From Sedimentisphaeraceae bacterium JB056 (GTDB lineage Bacteria; Planctomycetota; Phycisphaerae; Sedimentisphaerales; Sedimentisphaeraceae): 64,000 nucleotides of DNA. Location: assembly GCA_044440125.1 (NCBI GenBank), contig JBITAJ010000027.1, forward strand, positions 224,001-288,000. Reading direction: 5' to 3'. Every line of letters starts with the position of its first letter. Position 1 is the first letter of the stretch. Below are positions 27,676 through 37,509 of this stretch, piece by piece. The notes beneath the pieces were generated by a model. The model had not been told where the DNA came from. It saw nothing but the letters and a program-made list of their open reading frames with translations, and did no database searches. Position numbers and translations under genes: made by a program.

Positions 27676-30321
27676 ATGAAAAGAACGATTTTTGCCTTTA
27701 TGGCGGTTCTGTGCGGAATGGCATTAGCCTTGGAACCAGTGGCTTTACGCCATATTCCGTTTGAAAACGATTTCGGTGGTGCGGCTCTGGTCGACGATGA
27801 GGGCAGTGTTGCCGGTGATATTCAATTAATATCCGGCGGTATGGTTGGTAACTGTTCAGAGTGGACCAACCCTACAGACCCAAGTCAGGGTGACAATCTT
27901 CAGTATTTAGGTGCGATAGGTGATGAAGGTACTGTAGCTATGTATCTTAAGGTTCCTTCGGCTTACAACTACATGAATTTCTGGGATTGCGGCGCTGTTG
28001 CATGGAACTGGGAGGCGTATTGCGACTCAACAGGCCATGTTACAAGTAAAACAGGCGGTTATCCTGCGGCTCAGTTTGATATGGGTGCTACAGGGGATGT
28101 GCCTCTCAATACATGGTTCCATTATGCATGGAGCTGGAACAAGGCTACCGGTGAACAGAAAGTTTATATTGACGGCTCGCTTGTAGCAAGTGTTGTCAAC
28201 GGCAACTGGGTAGATCCTGCGGCGAGATTCAATGTCGGCGGCGGAACTGGTAACTGGAAGTACAACGGCTTTATGGATGAATTTTACATTTTCGATAAGG
28301 CTTTGAGTCAAGACGAACTTACAGCACTGACAACTAACAGTATGCTTGGCGTTCTTGCGGCTGATCCAGCGCCTTATGCCGGCGAACTTGTTACGACATC
28401 ATCTTTGGATCTGGCATGGACTGCACCGGCAAACGTTGCTTCTCCAACCTATGATGTTTATCTCAGTACTGATCCTAATCTGGCGGATTCATCAAGGAAA
28501 ATCGCTTCAAATATCTCAGCAACGACTTATAACTATACTCTGCCGACCAATGGCGTTAAGTATTACTGGAAAGTCGATGTGATTGACGGAGAGGATGTTT
28601 ATTCAGGCGTTGAGTGGAGCTTTGATGCTCTTCTTGGCGAAACCAAGCCTATAGCTGTAGCGTATGTTCCATTCGAAGACAGCAAGTTTGACGGAGTTAC
28701 ATATCTTGATGATCAGGACGGCGTTGCCGGCAGCATTGACATTGTTTCAGAAGGCGGCGTTGCTAACATGGGCAGCTACGGCGACTGGAATAACCCAACG
28801 ACTGCTACTGACGGTGATTCGCTTTATGCCGTTCATCCGGGACTTTCCGGTACGGTTGCAATGTGGGTTAAGTATGATTATGCGGCCTTGGGAGTCTACG
28901 CAGTAATGTGGGATTCTTCAGTGACCGGTAATGACTGGAAAGCGTGGGCTTATATTGACAACAATATGAATGTACGTCTTAATGGTGCCGCGTGGCAGGC
29001 CAATTCAGGTTCGGCTTCTGATTTTACGCAGTGGAATCATGTAGCATGGACATGGGATTCTGACGGAATAACCGCTGATACGGCTCTGTTTATAAATGGT
29101 GTCGAGGTTAATCGCAGATCACAAAACTGGGATGATCATGCAGATGTCATGAGAATCGGCGGCGGCGGAGCGTGGTATCCAAAATTCGCCGGCGGAATGG
29201 ATGAGGCATACGTATTTGATATGGCTCTGACATCAGATGAAATTGCAGCAATGGTTAACGATGGTGACAAGATCGCCCGTAATCCTCATCCTGCAGCATC
29301 TTCAGCTTCTGCCCCAGCAAGAGGTATTCTCACATGGGATGCTCCTGCGGGAGTTGCAGCTCCAACCTACAATGTATATTTCAGTACAGATTCAACGCTT
29401 TACAATTCGCTTGTCGGAAGTACCACAGATGCGAGCTTTGATGCTTCATCATTGATTGAAGCTGATACGAAGTATTACTGGAGAGTCGATGTGGTTGACG
29501 GTGTTGATACTTATGAGGGTTACATCTGGAGCTTCACTTCAGGATACTCAGATGTCGATATCGATGTCAATGGTATCGTTGATATGACTGACTATTCGGT
29601 TGTCGCAGACTACTGGATGGACAGTACCGTAACCGCTGAAGAGATCGAGATGATCATTGATGATTTCGAGTCTTACGCGGCTAAGCCTGCAGATCCTAAT
29701 GTGGCGGATGTATGGCTTCCAAGAGAGTCTTTTGCTTCTGATCAGTATGGCGTCAAGTCGATAGACGTAACGCCTGCAAATGATGGTCAGGCTTTGATGC
29801 TGACATATGATTTTACCGGTGTCAGCGGAAACAGTGATTGGGCTATAGCGGATTACAAATTACTGTTTGATGCTCCAATAAACTTGAGTGATTATGATTA
29901 CTTCCAGCTCAAGTATAACTGTCATGAAGGTAACAGCAAGGAAGATCACCTGAGTGCCAAGTTCCTTTCAGGTCCTTCGGCTGATTTTGGCGATACTATT
30001 TATCCGGGACTGTTCCAGTATGATGGTTTTGCCGGTGGTGTCTCTACAGATGCAGCTCCAGGCTGGAATACGGTAACCGTAGATATTTCAGGCAGGACAG
30101 ACTTGACGGCTGTTGTCGGTATTGTTCTTGATGTATCAACATGGCCTGAGACTGAAGCACCGACATACGTTGGTGAAAGAGGAACCGGCGTTGTTGAGTT
30201 TGATGATATCAGAATCTTTACAGAAAAACAATGCTCTGGTGAACAGATCGCTGACTTTGACGGTGACTGCGAAGTTACTGTTCTGGACCTTGAAGCACTT
30301 GCAGCAGAATGGCTTTATTGA
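27676..30321 (+). CDS. Secreted protein with two LamG-like jellyroll domains, Fn3-like linkers, CBM-like domain and dockerin-like C-terminus
   Basis: Signal peptide MKRTIFAF; W.H.AW.W / YIDG / G.MDE.YIFDKAL LamG motifs twice; YYWKVD linkers; DFDGDCEV..LDL..LA.EWL. Confidence 0.85.
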   Translation: MKRTIFAFMAVLCGMALALEPVALRHIPFENDFGGAALVDDEGSVAGDIQLISGGMVGNCSEWTNPTDPSQGDNLQYLGAIGDEGTVAMYLKVPSAYNYMNFWDCGAVAWNWEAYCDSTGHVTSKTGGYPAAQFDMGATGDVPLNTWFHYAWSWNKATGEQKVYIDGSLVASVVNGNWVDPAARFNVGGGTGNWKYNGFMDEFYIFDKALSQDELTALTTNSMLGVLAADPAPYAGELVTTSSLDLAWTAPANVASPTYDVYLSTDPNLADSSRKIASNISATTYNYTLPTNGVKYYWKVDVIDGEDVYSGVEWSFDALLGETKPIAVAYVPFEDSKFDGVTYLDDQDGVAGSIDIVSEGGVANMGSYGDWNNPTTATDGDSLYAVHPGLSGTVAMWVKYDYAALGVYAVMWDSSVTGNDWKAWAYIDNNMNVRLNGAAWQANSGSASDFTQWNHVAWTWDSDGITADTALFINGVEVNRRSQNWDDHADVMRIGGGGAWYPKFAGGMDEAYVFDMALTSDEIAAMVNDGDKIARNPHPAASSASAPARGILTWDAPAGVAAPTYNVYFSTDSTLYNSLVGSTTDASFDASSLIEADTKYYWRVDVVDGVDTYEGYIWSFTSGYSDVDIDVNGIVDMTDYSVVADYWMDSTVTAEEIEMIIDDFESYAAKPADPNVADVWLPRESFASDQYGVKSIDVTPANDGQALMLTYDFTGVSGNSDWAIADYKLLFDAPINLSDYDYFQLKYNCHEGNSKEDHLSAKFLSGPSADFGDTIYPGLFQYDGFAGGVSTDAAPGWNTVTVDISGRTDLTAVVGIVLDVSTWPETEAPTYVGERGTGVVEFDDIRIFTEKQCSGEQIADFDGDCEVTVLDLEALAAEWLY

Positions 30322-30344
30322 TAATATTAGTTAAATGATAAAAA

Positions 30345-30383
30345 ATGTTCCCGCTTCGGGTTCTCTTTCTGAGGCGGGAACAT
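30345..30383 (+). other. Intercistronic stem-loop without U-tract
   Basis: ATGTTCCCGCTTC...GAGGCGGGAACAT. Confidence 0.65.
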
Positions 30384-30402
30384 ACCTAAAGGGTGGACGA
30401 TT

Positions 30403-31236
30403 ATGAAAATTGAAAAGACTGCACAAAAAGGTTTTACTCTCATTGAATTGCTTGTGGTTATTTCTATTATAGCAGTGCTGATGTCTATAATGATGCCTGC
30501 TCTGGGCAAAGCCCGCGAAATGGCAAAGGCGAGTATCTGCAAGAATAATATGAAGCAGTTAGGTACTGCTACCGGTCTCTATTCGGTTGATTGCGAAGGC
30601 CGCCTGCCGGCAGCTTATCCATATGAGCCAGGTTACACAGGACATAAGGATGTTCCCAACGGCTGGACAATATGGTTTGCTGAAGATAATACGACAGTGA
30701 CCAATGGACTTGGCGGTGCTCCGATAGGCAGCGGTTTTGGAATCGGAAAATATATTGACTTGCGACTTGTTCTTAATGAAGTTCAAAACACAAAGTCTCC
30801 TGAAGACAGCAAGACCGTTCTGACATGTCCTTCCGTAAGCAAGCGTGAGATGGATTATTCTTTTCCAAGTCGAGTTTCTGTAGGTTATAACATTGAATTT
30901 GCTGAAATGAAGGCTTCGCAAACAAGAACTCCTTCTTCTAAAATTCTCTATGCTGATGCCAACTGGTATTGCTTCGATCATGATCGCTTCCTGTATAGAG
31001 ACAATCCGAGTGTACCTCACAACACTAAGTGGTATTCAACAAGGCAGCCTTATACCGTTGATGGTTCAAACACCGCAGGCAGCGAGCCATTGGAAGTTCT
31101 GCCAGGTCGTCATGGCGGTAAACTGAGTATTGCATTTGTTGATGGACACGCCGAAGATATCGACAAAGAGGATCTTACACGTAATCTTGTTGATAACGGT
31201 ATTCGTGAACACGGTTGGTGGGACGATCACGAATGA
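30403..31236 (+). CDS. Prepilin-type N-terminal cleavage/methylation protein with H-X9-DG motif (DUF1559-like planctomycete family)
   Basis: [31 protein letters not shown]...[20 protein letters not shown]. Confidence 0.92.
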   Translation: MKIEKTAQKGFTLIELLVVISIIAVLMSIMMPALGKAREMAKASICKNNMKQLGTATGLYSVDCEGRLPAAYPYEPGYTGHKDVPNGWTIWFAEDNTTVTNGLGGAPIGSGFGIGKYIDLRLVLNEVQNTKSPEDSKTVLTCPSVSKREMDYSFPSRVSVGYNIEFAEMKASQTRTPSSKILYADANWYCFDHDRFLYRDNPSVPHNTKWYSTRQPYTVDGSNTAGSEPLEVLPGRHGGKLSIAFVDGHAEDIDKEDLTRNLVDNGIREHGWWDDHE

Positions 31237-31378
31237 TCTTTTAGTTTTGAGGCAGGTTAGGTTGCTTAATTGATAGTGTGGCTGTAATAGGTAATATAAT
31301 TGCATCTATAGACAAGCCTCTTGATTTTGGATATGACTTTTTTGCTTCAACTATGCAAAAGGTTGGAAGGGATTTTTT

Positions 31379-32347
31379 ATGCAATTGACAGGAACATTTC
31401 TTGATGAAATAACTCACGATATCCCATCGTCTAATTGGGGACCTAAAGAATGGGAAAAAGATTTTAAGGCAATGAAGAGTATCGGTATTGATACTGTTAT
31501 CGTAATAAGGAATGGTTACAAAAACAAAACCACCTTTGACTCTAAAGTGGTCAATAACTTATGCGGTTCCACAATACCTGTACCATTCGATCTGCTTGAA
31601 GTATTTCTTGATCAGGCAGAAGCCAATGATATGGATTTGTTTTTCGGAACTTATGACAGCGGTAATTACTGGATGCGAGGTGATTACCAGAAAGAAGTTG
31701 ATATAAACAGGGCTTTTGTAGAGGAAGCTGTTTATAAGTACGGCATGAGGAGAGCCTTTAAGGGCTGGTATATAAGCCATGAGGTTGATACGTACAACCC
31801 CGCTGTAATGAAGGTTTATCGTCAGCTTGGCAAACACCTCAAAGATCTTAAGGATATGCCGATACTGATATCACCTTACATTCACGGTAAGAAGCAATTT
31901 GCTGAGAATCCTACTACTCTTGCAGATCATGAGAAGCAATGGGACAAGGTGTTTTCAGAGATACAGGATTGCGTTGATATCGTGGCATTCCAGGATGGCA
32001 ATGTCGATTTCAGTGAACTGCAAAGTTATCTTGAAGTCAATTCAAGACTGGCCGGCAAGTATGGGATTACGACCTGGACAAATGTTGAAACATTTGATCG
32101 CGATATGCCTTGGAAATTCCCGCCAATATCATGGCCGGCTTTACTGTACAAGATACAGCAGGCATCTGCTTCCGGTACAGACAAACTTATAACATTTGAG
32201 TTTTCACATTTCATGAGTCCCAATTCAATATATAAGTCGGCAAGGAATCTGTTCGACAGATATGTTGAGTTCTTTGGGAATGACAGCAATGGTTTGGATT
32301 CAGTCTTGAGTACTGAAAAGAAGCTTGCTGATTTGGTTTCAATTTAA
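31379..32347 (+). CDS. DUF4434-family putative glycoside hydrolase
   Basis: GTFLDEITHDIP..NWG..EW..DF..M..IGIDTV; GWYISHE; FQDG; NVETFDRDMP; ITFEFSHFMSP. Confidence 0.8.
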   Translation: MQLTGTFLDEITHDIPSSNWGPKEWEKDFKAMKSIGIDTVIVIRNGYKNKTTFDSKVVNNLCGSTIPVPFDLLEVFLDQAEANDMDLFFGTYDSGNYWMRGDYQKEVDINRAFVEEAVYKYGMRRAFKGWYISHEVDTYNPAVMKVYRQLGKHLKDLKDMPILISPYIHGKKQFAENPTTLADHEKQWDKVFSEIQDCVDIVAFQDGNVDFSELQSYLEVNSRLAGKYGITTWTNVETFDRDMPWKFPPISWPALLYKIQQASASGTDKLITFEFSHFMSPNSIYKSARNLFDRYVEFFGNDSNGLDSVLSTEKKLADLVSI

Positions 32348-32408
32348 TTTAGCAAAGTAGAGTTACTTTTGTTATTCAATTAGTTTGGTTGTTAAATGAG
32401 GGTTTAAG

Positions 32409-35246
32409 ATGAAAAATGTTAAACACAGTATCGTTGCGTTTATATCTTTAGTATTGGTGGTATCGGTTTGGGCTTCTGATGAGGTGACGACTCCTTTTAA
32501 CGGAGTTACCCGAATACACAGGACGCTTACGAGTCCAAGACCTTTGAATATTAATATAATAAGGGTTGATCTCAATGCTGAGGGAGTTGGGTTTACAGTT
32601 ACTACAAGCAATGGAAGTGCTTCGGGTGATGCTGATCCTATGGTTTGTACGGATTTTCTTACTCAGACAGATGCTCAGATTGCCATAAACTGCGGTTTCT
32701 ACAATATGAGTTCTTATGATGTATTAGGCTTTGTCGCATCAAATGGAGATGTGTATTCTGATTTTGTTGATTATAATCAATGGGAATACTGGCCTACTCC
32801 TTTTGTTGCCCTTAACCTTTCAAGGGAAAATGTTCCTACGATCATAACCCCGGGCGATACGATGCCGACGTACAAAACCAATCCCGACATGAACCCATGG
32901 AATGCCGTACCGGGCAGTGAATGGATAGTTCGTGACGGTGTGGCTGTTGTTGATAATGGTTTTGCTGTTAATCCCGGGCTCAACCCAAGGACTGTCGGTG
33001 GATATACTCAGGATCTTTCAGAATTAGTATTGGTAACTATTGATGGTCGTCAGGATGGATTCAGTGAAGGAATGACAACATTGGAAGCGGCAGAGCTTTT
33101 GGTTAGTCTTGGAGTGTATCAGGGTATGAATTTTGATGGCGGCGGTTCTACTACTATGGCTTTCGCTGATCCGAGTCCAAGAGTTGTGAATTCTCCTTCA
33201 GGCGGTACTCAACGCTCTGTAGCCAATCATCTTGCAATATATACCAATGGAGTGCCTGAGGTGCTTGATGCTCCTGTGGCTATAAAGCACTTGCCGTTTG
33301 AAAACGATTTTGCAGGTGCTGAGCTAATTGATGATGAGAGTGGTGTTGAGGGTGAGATACAGTTTGTTTCCGGCGGCAAAGTAGGCGGCTGTTCGCAGTG
33401 GACAAATCCTACAGGGCAGAGTCAGGGTGATAACCTTCGATATGACAGCGGCGTGCTGGAGCAGGGAACGATTGCTATGTATGTTAATGTGCCGCAAGCT
33501 TATAACTATATGAATTTCTGGGATTGCGGTGCGGTGTTCTGGAATTGGGAAGCTTATTGCGATTCTACAGGTCACGTTACAAACAAGACAGGTGGATATC
33601 CCGCGGCTCAGTTTGATATGGGCAGTTCTGCGGATGCTCCTTTGGGTGACTGGTATCATTATGCGTGGACATGGGATAAGGCCAGCGGTGCTCAGAAGGT
33701 TTATATTAATGGGCTGCTTGTGACGAATGTTACAAACACAAACTGGGTTGCTCCGGGCGGTCAATTCAATGTTGGCGGCGGTACAGGAAACTGGAAATTC
33801 AACGGACTTATGGATGAGTTTTATGTTTTTGACAAGCCTTTGACAGGTTCTCAGATAGAGAATCTCATAAATACTTCAGAGTCCGGTAAGGTTGCGTCCA
33901 ATCCTTATCCATATGCAGGTGATGTTATTATTACCAATCAGATTACCTTAAGCTGGGATGCGCCGTCTAATATTGCTTCTCCAGTTTATGATGTCTATCT
34001 AAGTGATACTGAGGTTTTCGATCCATCAGATAAAATAGCTTCGGGTATCAGTACTTCAACTTTTGATGTCAATCTTACAACTAATCAGGATTGTTACTGG
34101 AAAGTTGTTGCTTTTGACGGGGCTGAAAGTTATGAAAGTGTTGTATGGACATTCAATGCAGATATTGTTGAGCAGAAACCTGTTGCAGTTGCATATGTCC
34201 CGTTTGAGGATTCTAAGTTCGATGGCGTGACTTATATTGATGATCAGGACGGCGTTGCCGGCAGCATTGATATTGTTTCAGAGGGCGGAGTTGCTAATAT
34301 GGGCAGCTATGGCGACTGGAATAACCCGACAACCGCTACTGACGGTGATTCGTTGTATGCCGCTCATCCGGGACTTTCCGGTACGATTGCCATGTGGGTT
34401 AAGTATGACTATGCGGCTCTGGAAGTATACGCTGTAATGTGGGATTCTTCTGTAAGCGGCAACGACTGGAAAACATGGGCTTATATTGATAATAATATGA
34501 ATGCACGTCTTAACGGCGTAGCGTGGCAGGCGAATTCGGGTTCTGCTTCTGATTTTACTCAGTGGAACCATGTTGCCTGGACATGGGATTCTGATGGTGC
34601 AACCGCAGATACCGCATTGTTCATAAATGGTGTTGAAGTCAACCGAAGATCACAGGACTGGGACGATCATGCCGATGTCATGAGAATTGGCGGCGGCGGT
34701 GCATGGTATCCCAAATTTGCCGGCGGAATGGATGAAGCATATATATTTGATATGGCACTGACATCAGATGAAATTGCAGCAATGGTTACTGATGGTGACA
34801 AAATTGCCCGTAATCCTTATCCCGCAGTCAGTTCTGTTTCTGCACCAATTAACGGCGTTTTAGGCTGGGATGCTCCTGCCGGAATTACAAATCCAACTTA
34901 CAATATTTATTTGAGTACTAACTCTACTCTTCATGAATCATTTGTCGGTTCGACAACATCTGAAAGCTTTGATGCTTCTGCTCTTATCGATGCGGACGCT
35001 AAATATTACTGGCGAGTTGATGTTGTAGATGGTGAGACAACCTATGCCGGTTATTTCTGGAACTTTACTGCAGGATACTCTAATGCAGATATCAATAATA
35101 ACGGTATCGTGGCATTGGATGATTATTCTGTTCTTGCGAGGAACTGGCAGTCAAATGAGGCCCCATGTGAGGGTGATATTGATGGTGATTGCTATGTCGG
35201 CATCGATGATTTGCAGCTTCTTGTTGAAGATTGGTTAAATAATTGA
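32409..35246 (+). CDS. Phosphodiester glycosidase (NAGPA-like) domain fused to two LamG domains and dockerin-like C-terminus
   Basis: AINCGFY, NPRTVGG, VTIDGRQ, NFDGGGSTTM, RSVANHL; remainder paralogous to 27676-30321. Confidence 0.88.
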   Translation: MKNVKHSIVAFISLVLVVSVWASDEVTTPFNGVTRIHRTLTSPRPLNINIIRVDLNAEGVGFTVTTSNGSASGDADPMVCTDFLTQTDAQIAINCGFYNMSSYDVLGFVASNGDVYSDFVDYNQWEYWPTPFVALNLSRENVPTIITPGDTMPTYKTNPDMNPWNAVPGSEWIVRDGVAVVDNGFAVNPGLNPRTVGGYTQDLSELVLVTIDGRQDGFSEGMTTLEAAELLVSLGVYQGMNFDGGGSTTMAFADPSPRVVNSPSGGTQRSVANHLAIYTNGVPEVLDAPVAIKHLPFENDFAGAELIDDESGVEGEIQFVSGGKVGGCSQWTNPTGQSQGDNLRYDSGVLEQGTIAMYVNVPQAYNYMNFWDCGAVFWNWEAYCDSTGHVTNKTGGYPAAQFDMGSSADAPLGDWYHYAWTWDKASGAQKVYINGLLVTNVTNTNWVAPGGQFNVGGGTGNWKFNGLMDEFYVFDKPLTGSQIENLINTSESGKVASNPYPYAGDVIITNQITLSWDAPSNIASPVYDVYLSDTEVFDPSDKIASGISTSTFDVNLTTNQDCYWKVVAFDGAESYESVVWTFNADIVEQKPVAVAYVPFEDSKFDGVTYIDDQDGVAGSIDIVSEGGVANMGSYGDWNNPTTATDGDSLYAAHPGLSGTIAMWVKYDYAALEVYAVMWDSSVSGNDWKTWAYIDNNMNARLNGVAWQANSGSASDFTQWNHVAWTWDSDGATADTALFINGVEVNRRSQDWDDHADVMRIGGGGAWYPKFAGGMDEAYIFDMALTSDEIAAMVTDGDKIARNPYPAVSSVSAPINGVLGWDAPAGITNPTYNIYLSTNSTLHESFVGSTTSESFDASALIDADAKYYWRVDVVDGETTYAGYFWNFTAGYSNADINNNGIVALDDYSVLARNWQSNEAPCEGDIDGDCYVGIDDLQLLVEDWLNN

Positions 35247-35330
35247 TTTTAGTTTTGTTTCAATAAAACGGAACCCCTGAAACTTATTTTCGGTTGTACG
35301 ATTAAAGTTTTCCGTTTTTGAAGGACTACA

Positions 35331-35363
35331 GTGCCGCAATTGGTATAATGCCGATTGCGGCAC
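35331..35363 (+). other. 15-bp stem-loop downstream of the NAGPA-LamG gene
   Basis: GTGCCGCAATTGGTA-TAA-TGCCGATTGCGGCAC, no U-tract. Confidence 0.65.
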
Positions 35364-35505
35364 AGCTAAAATAAGAGAGAGCAATCGGTTTAGCGAGATC
35401 GTTAAATTTAATGTGTAGAATAAAAAATATTTGGAATTAGTTCTGTCTATACTATAATGAGTTTTACAGGTAACGCTTTTAATATAACCGATTTCAAGGA
35501 TTACT

Positions 35506-36666
35506 ATGATAGAAAAGTATATTAATTTCTACAAAGAGAATCTTGCAAACTCTGTTATTCCTTTTTGGTTGAAAAATTCACCTGACTGGGAGTTTGGAGG
35601 CCATTTTACTTGTCTTGAGGAAGATGGGAGTATTTATGATACAAGGAAGTATATCTGGTTGCAGGGGCGGTGTTTATGGATGTTTTCCCGACTTTATTGC
35701 GATTTTGAAGAAAGAACGGAATTCTTTGATTTAGCCGCATCTACCGCAGATTTTATTGATAAATACGCATCCGATGAAAATGGGGACTACTATTTCAGTG
35801 TTACCAGAGAAGGCAAGCCTTTTGCCAGGCAGGTAGATCTTTACGGAAAAGTATTCTGCATGCTTGGGTATCTTGAGTATTCCAAAATAAGCGGAAGAAG
35901 TGCTTATTTCGACAAATCAAAAGCTCTCTTCAATGAGATAATAGATTCCGTCAAGAAAATAAGACAGGCAAAGGACGGCGTCTGTTCGGGTGTACCGGCG
36001 ATGAGTACTTTGTCGGATCAGATGGTGCTTGCGGATATGTCGATGGAGCTTTATGAAGTTGAAAATAAACAGGAGTATCTGGATATAATGCAGGAAGTTC
36101 TTTCCAATATCCTTATGCATTATGTACCGGATAAAAATATTCTGCTTGAGAATATTTCACTCGATGGAACTGATATTACCAAATGGCCTGAAGGCCGTTT
36201 CTGCAGTCCCGGTCATTCGGTAGAGGTGGCATGGTTTATTCTTCATTTACTTAAATTCATACCGGATAACTCTGTTAACGGGTTGGCTCATGATATAATC
36301 GAAGGAACACTTGAATATGGTTGGGACTGGGAATACGGCGGTTTATGCAATTCTATAGATATTGAAAATAAGTCGGATATCCTGATTGAGTCATATACGA
36401 AATTGTGGTGGCCTCATGCAGAAGCAATTTATGCTGTGTTGTGTGCTTATAAGGAAGATGATGATCCAAAATGGCTTTACTGGTTGAAGAAACTCCATAA
36501 TTATGTTGCAGATCATTTTATTGATGAAGAAGGCGGCGGGTGGTATGGTTTCTGTGACAGATATGGAAATCTGATCAATTCAGCAAAGGGAAGTCATTCA
36601 AAAGGCTTCTTTCATGTGCCGAGAATGCTGCTGTATTCATCTCAGCTGTTTGATGACAATTGTTAA
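35506..36666 (+). CDS. N-acylglucosamine 2-epimerase (AGE) family protein
   Basis: IPFW, KYIWLQGR..W, PGHSVEVAWF, KLWWPHAEA, KG.FHVPR. Confidence 0.9.
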   Translation: MIEKYINFYKENLANSVIPFWLKNSPDWEFGGHFTCLEEDGSIYDTRKYIWLQGRCLWMFSRLYCDFEERTEFFDLAASTADFIDKYASDENGDYYFSVTREGKPFARQVDLYGKVFCMLGYLEYSKISGRSAYFDKSKALFNEIIDSVKKIRQAKDGVCSGVPAMSTLSDQMVLADMSMELYEVENKQEYLDIMQEVLSNILMHYVPDKNILLENISLDGTDITKWPEGRFCSPGHSVEVAWFILHLLKFIPDNSVNGLAHDIIEGTLEYGWDWEYGGLCNSIDIENKSDILIESYTKLWWPHAEAIYAVLCAYKEDDDPKWLYWLKKLHNYVADHFIDEEGGGWYGFCDRYGNLINSAKGSHSKGFFHVPRMLLYSSQLFDDNC

Positions 36667-36687
36667 CTTAAAATTTTAAGGTTTGTA

Positions 36688-37485
36688 ATGATCAATAAAA
36701 TAAGTTTGTTTTTTGTAATGGTGTTTATTATGGCAGTCAATTGCAACTCATCTATCGTTGCTCACCGTGGATATTCCTCAAAAGCACCTGAAAACACACT
36801 CTCTGCGGTTAAAAAAGCATGGGAGTATGATATTGATGCTGTTGAAATTGACATTCACCTGACCTCTGATAACAAGGTAGTTGTAATCCATGATTCAAAT
36901 ACTGAACGTACTTGCGGGGTTAAGCATACAATAAAGGAAACAGATTCAAAGACTCTTAGAGAACTCGATTTCGGCAGTTGGTTTTCGGGTGAGTATGCCG
37001 GTGAGAAAATACCTTATCTTTCCGAGGTCATTGATGTAATACCGCAAGAGAAGAAGCTTTTCATAGAGATTAAATGCGGAAGTGAAGTTGTGCCGTTTCT
37101 TAAGAAGGTGATAGAAGATAGCGGACGCAGTGAGGATTTGCGGATAATTTCCTTTGATTGTGATGCTCTTACCGAGGCTAAAAAAGTTATGCCTGATGTG
37201 CCGATGTACTGGCTGATAAGCGGCAAGAAGGATAAAGAGAGCGGTAAGGTATTGCCTTACAATCAGGAGAGTATTGATGTTGTCAAGCATCGCGGACTTG
37301 ATGGATTGGATGTGCAGTTTTCTGTTCTAACTAAAGAGTTTGTTGATTCCGTGCATGCAGCCGGTTTGGAGATATTTGTTTGGACGGTTGATTTTATGGA
37401 CGATGTCAGGAGGATGCATGGTTTAGGGGTTGATGGTATAACTACCAATTATCCTTATGAGGCATATAAAGAATTGAAAAAGTAA
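36688..37485 (+). CDS. Secreted glycerophosphodiester phosphodiesterase
   Basis: VAHRGYS..APENTL, EIDIHLTSD..VVIHD..ERT, FIEIK, VWTVD, GVDGITTNYP. Confidence 0.92.
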   Translation: MINKISLFFVMVFIMAVNCNSSIVAHRGYSSKAPENTLSAVKKAWEYDIDAVEIDIHLTSDNKVVVIHDSNTERTCGVKHTIKETDSKTLRELDFGSWFSGEYAGEKIPYLSEVIDVIPQEKKLFIEIKCGSEVVPFLKKVIEDSGRSEDLRIISFDCDALTEAKKVMPDVPMYWLISGKKDKESGKVLPYNQESIDVVKHRGLDGLDVQFSVLTKEFVDSVHAAGLEIFVWTVDFMDDVRRMHGLGVDGITTNYPYEAYKELKK

Positions 37486-37509
37486 AAACTAAATTAGTGA
37501 GTGGGTTTG

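Noticed and set aside
27676..35246. Diversity-generating retroelement template/variable repeat pair
   Set aside because: Differences are largely synonymous rather than adenine-specific, both copies lie in intact genes, and there is no reverse transcriptase.
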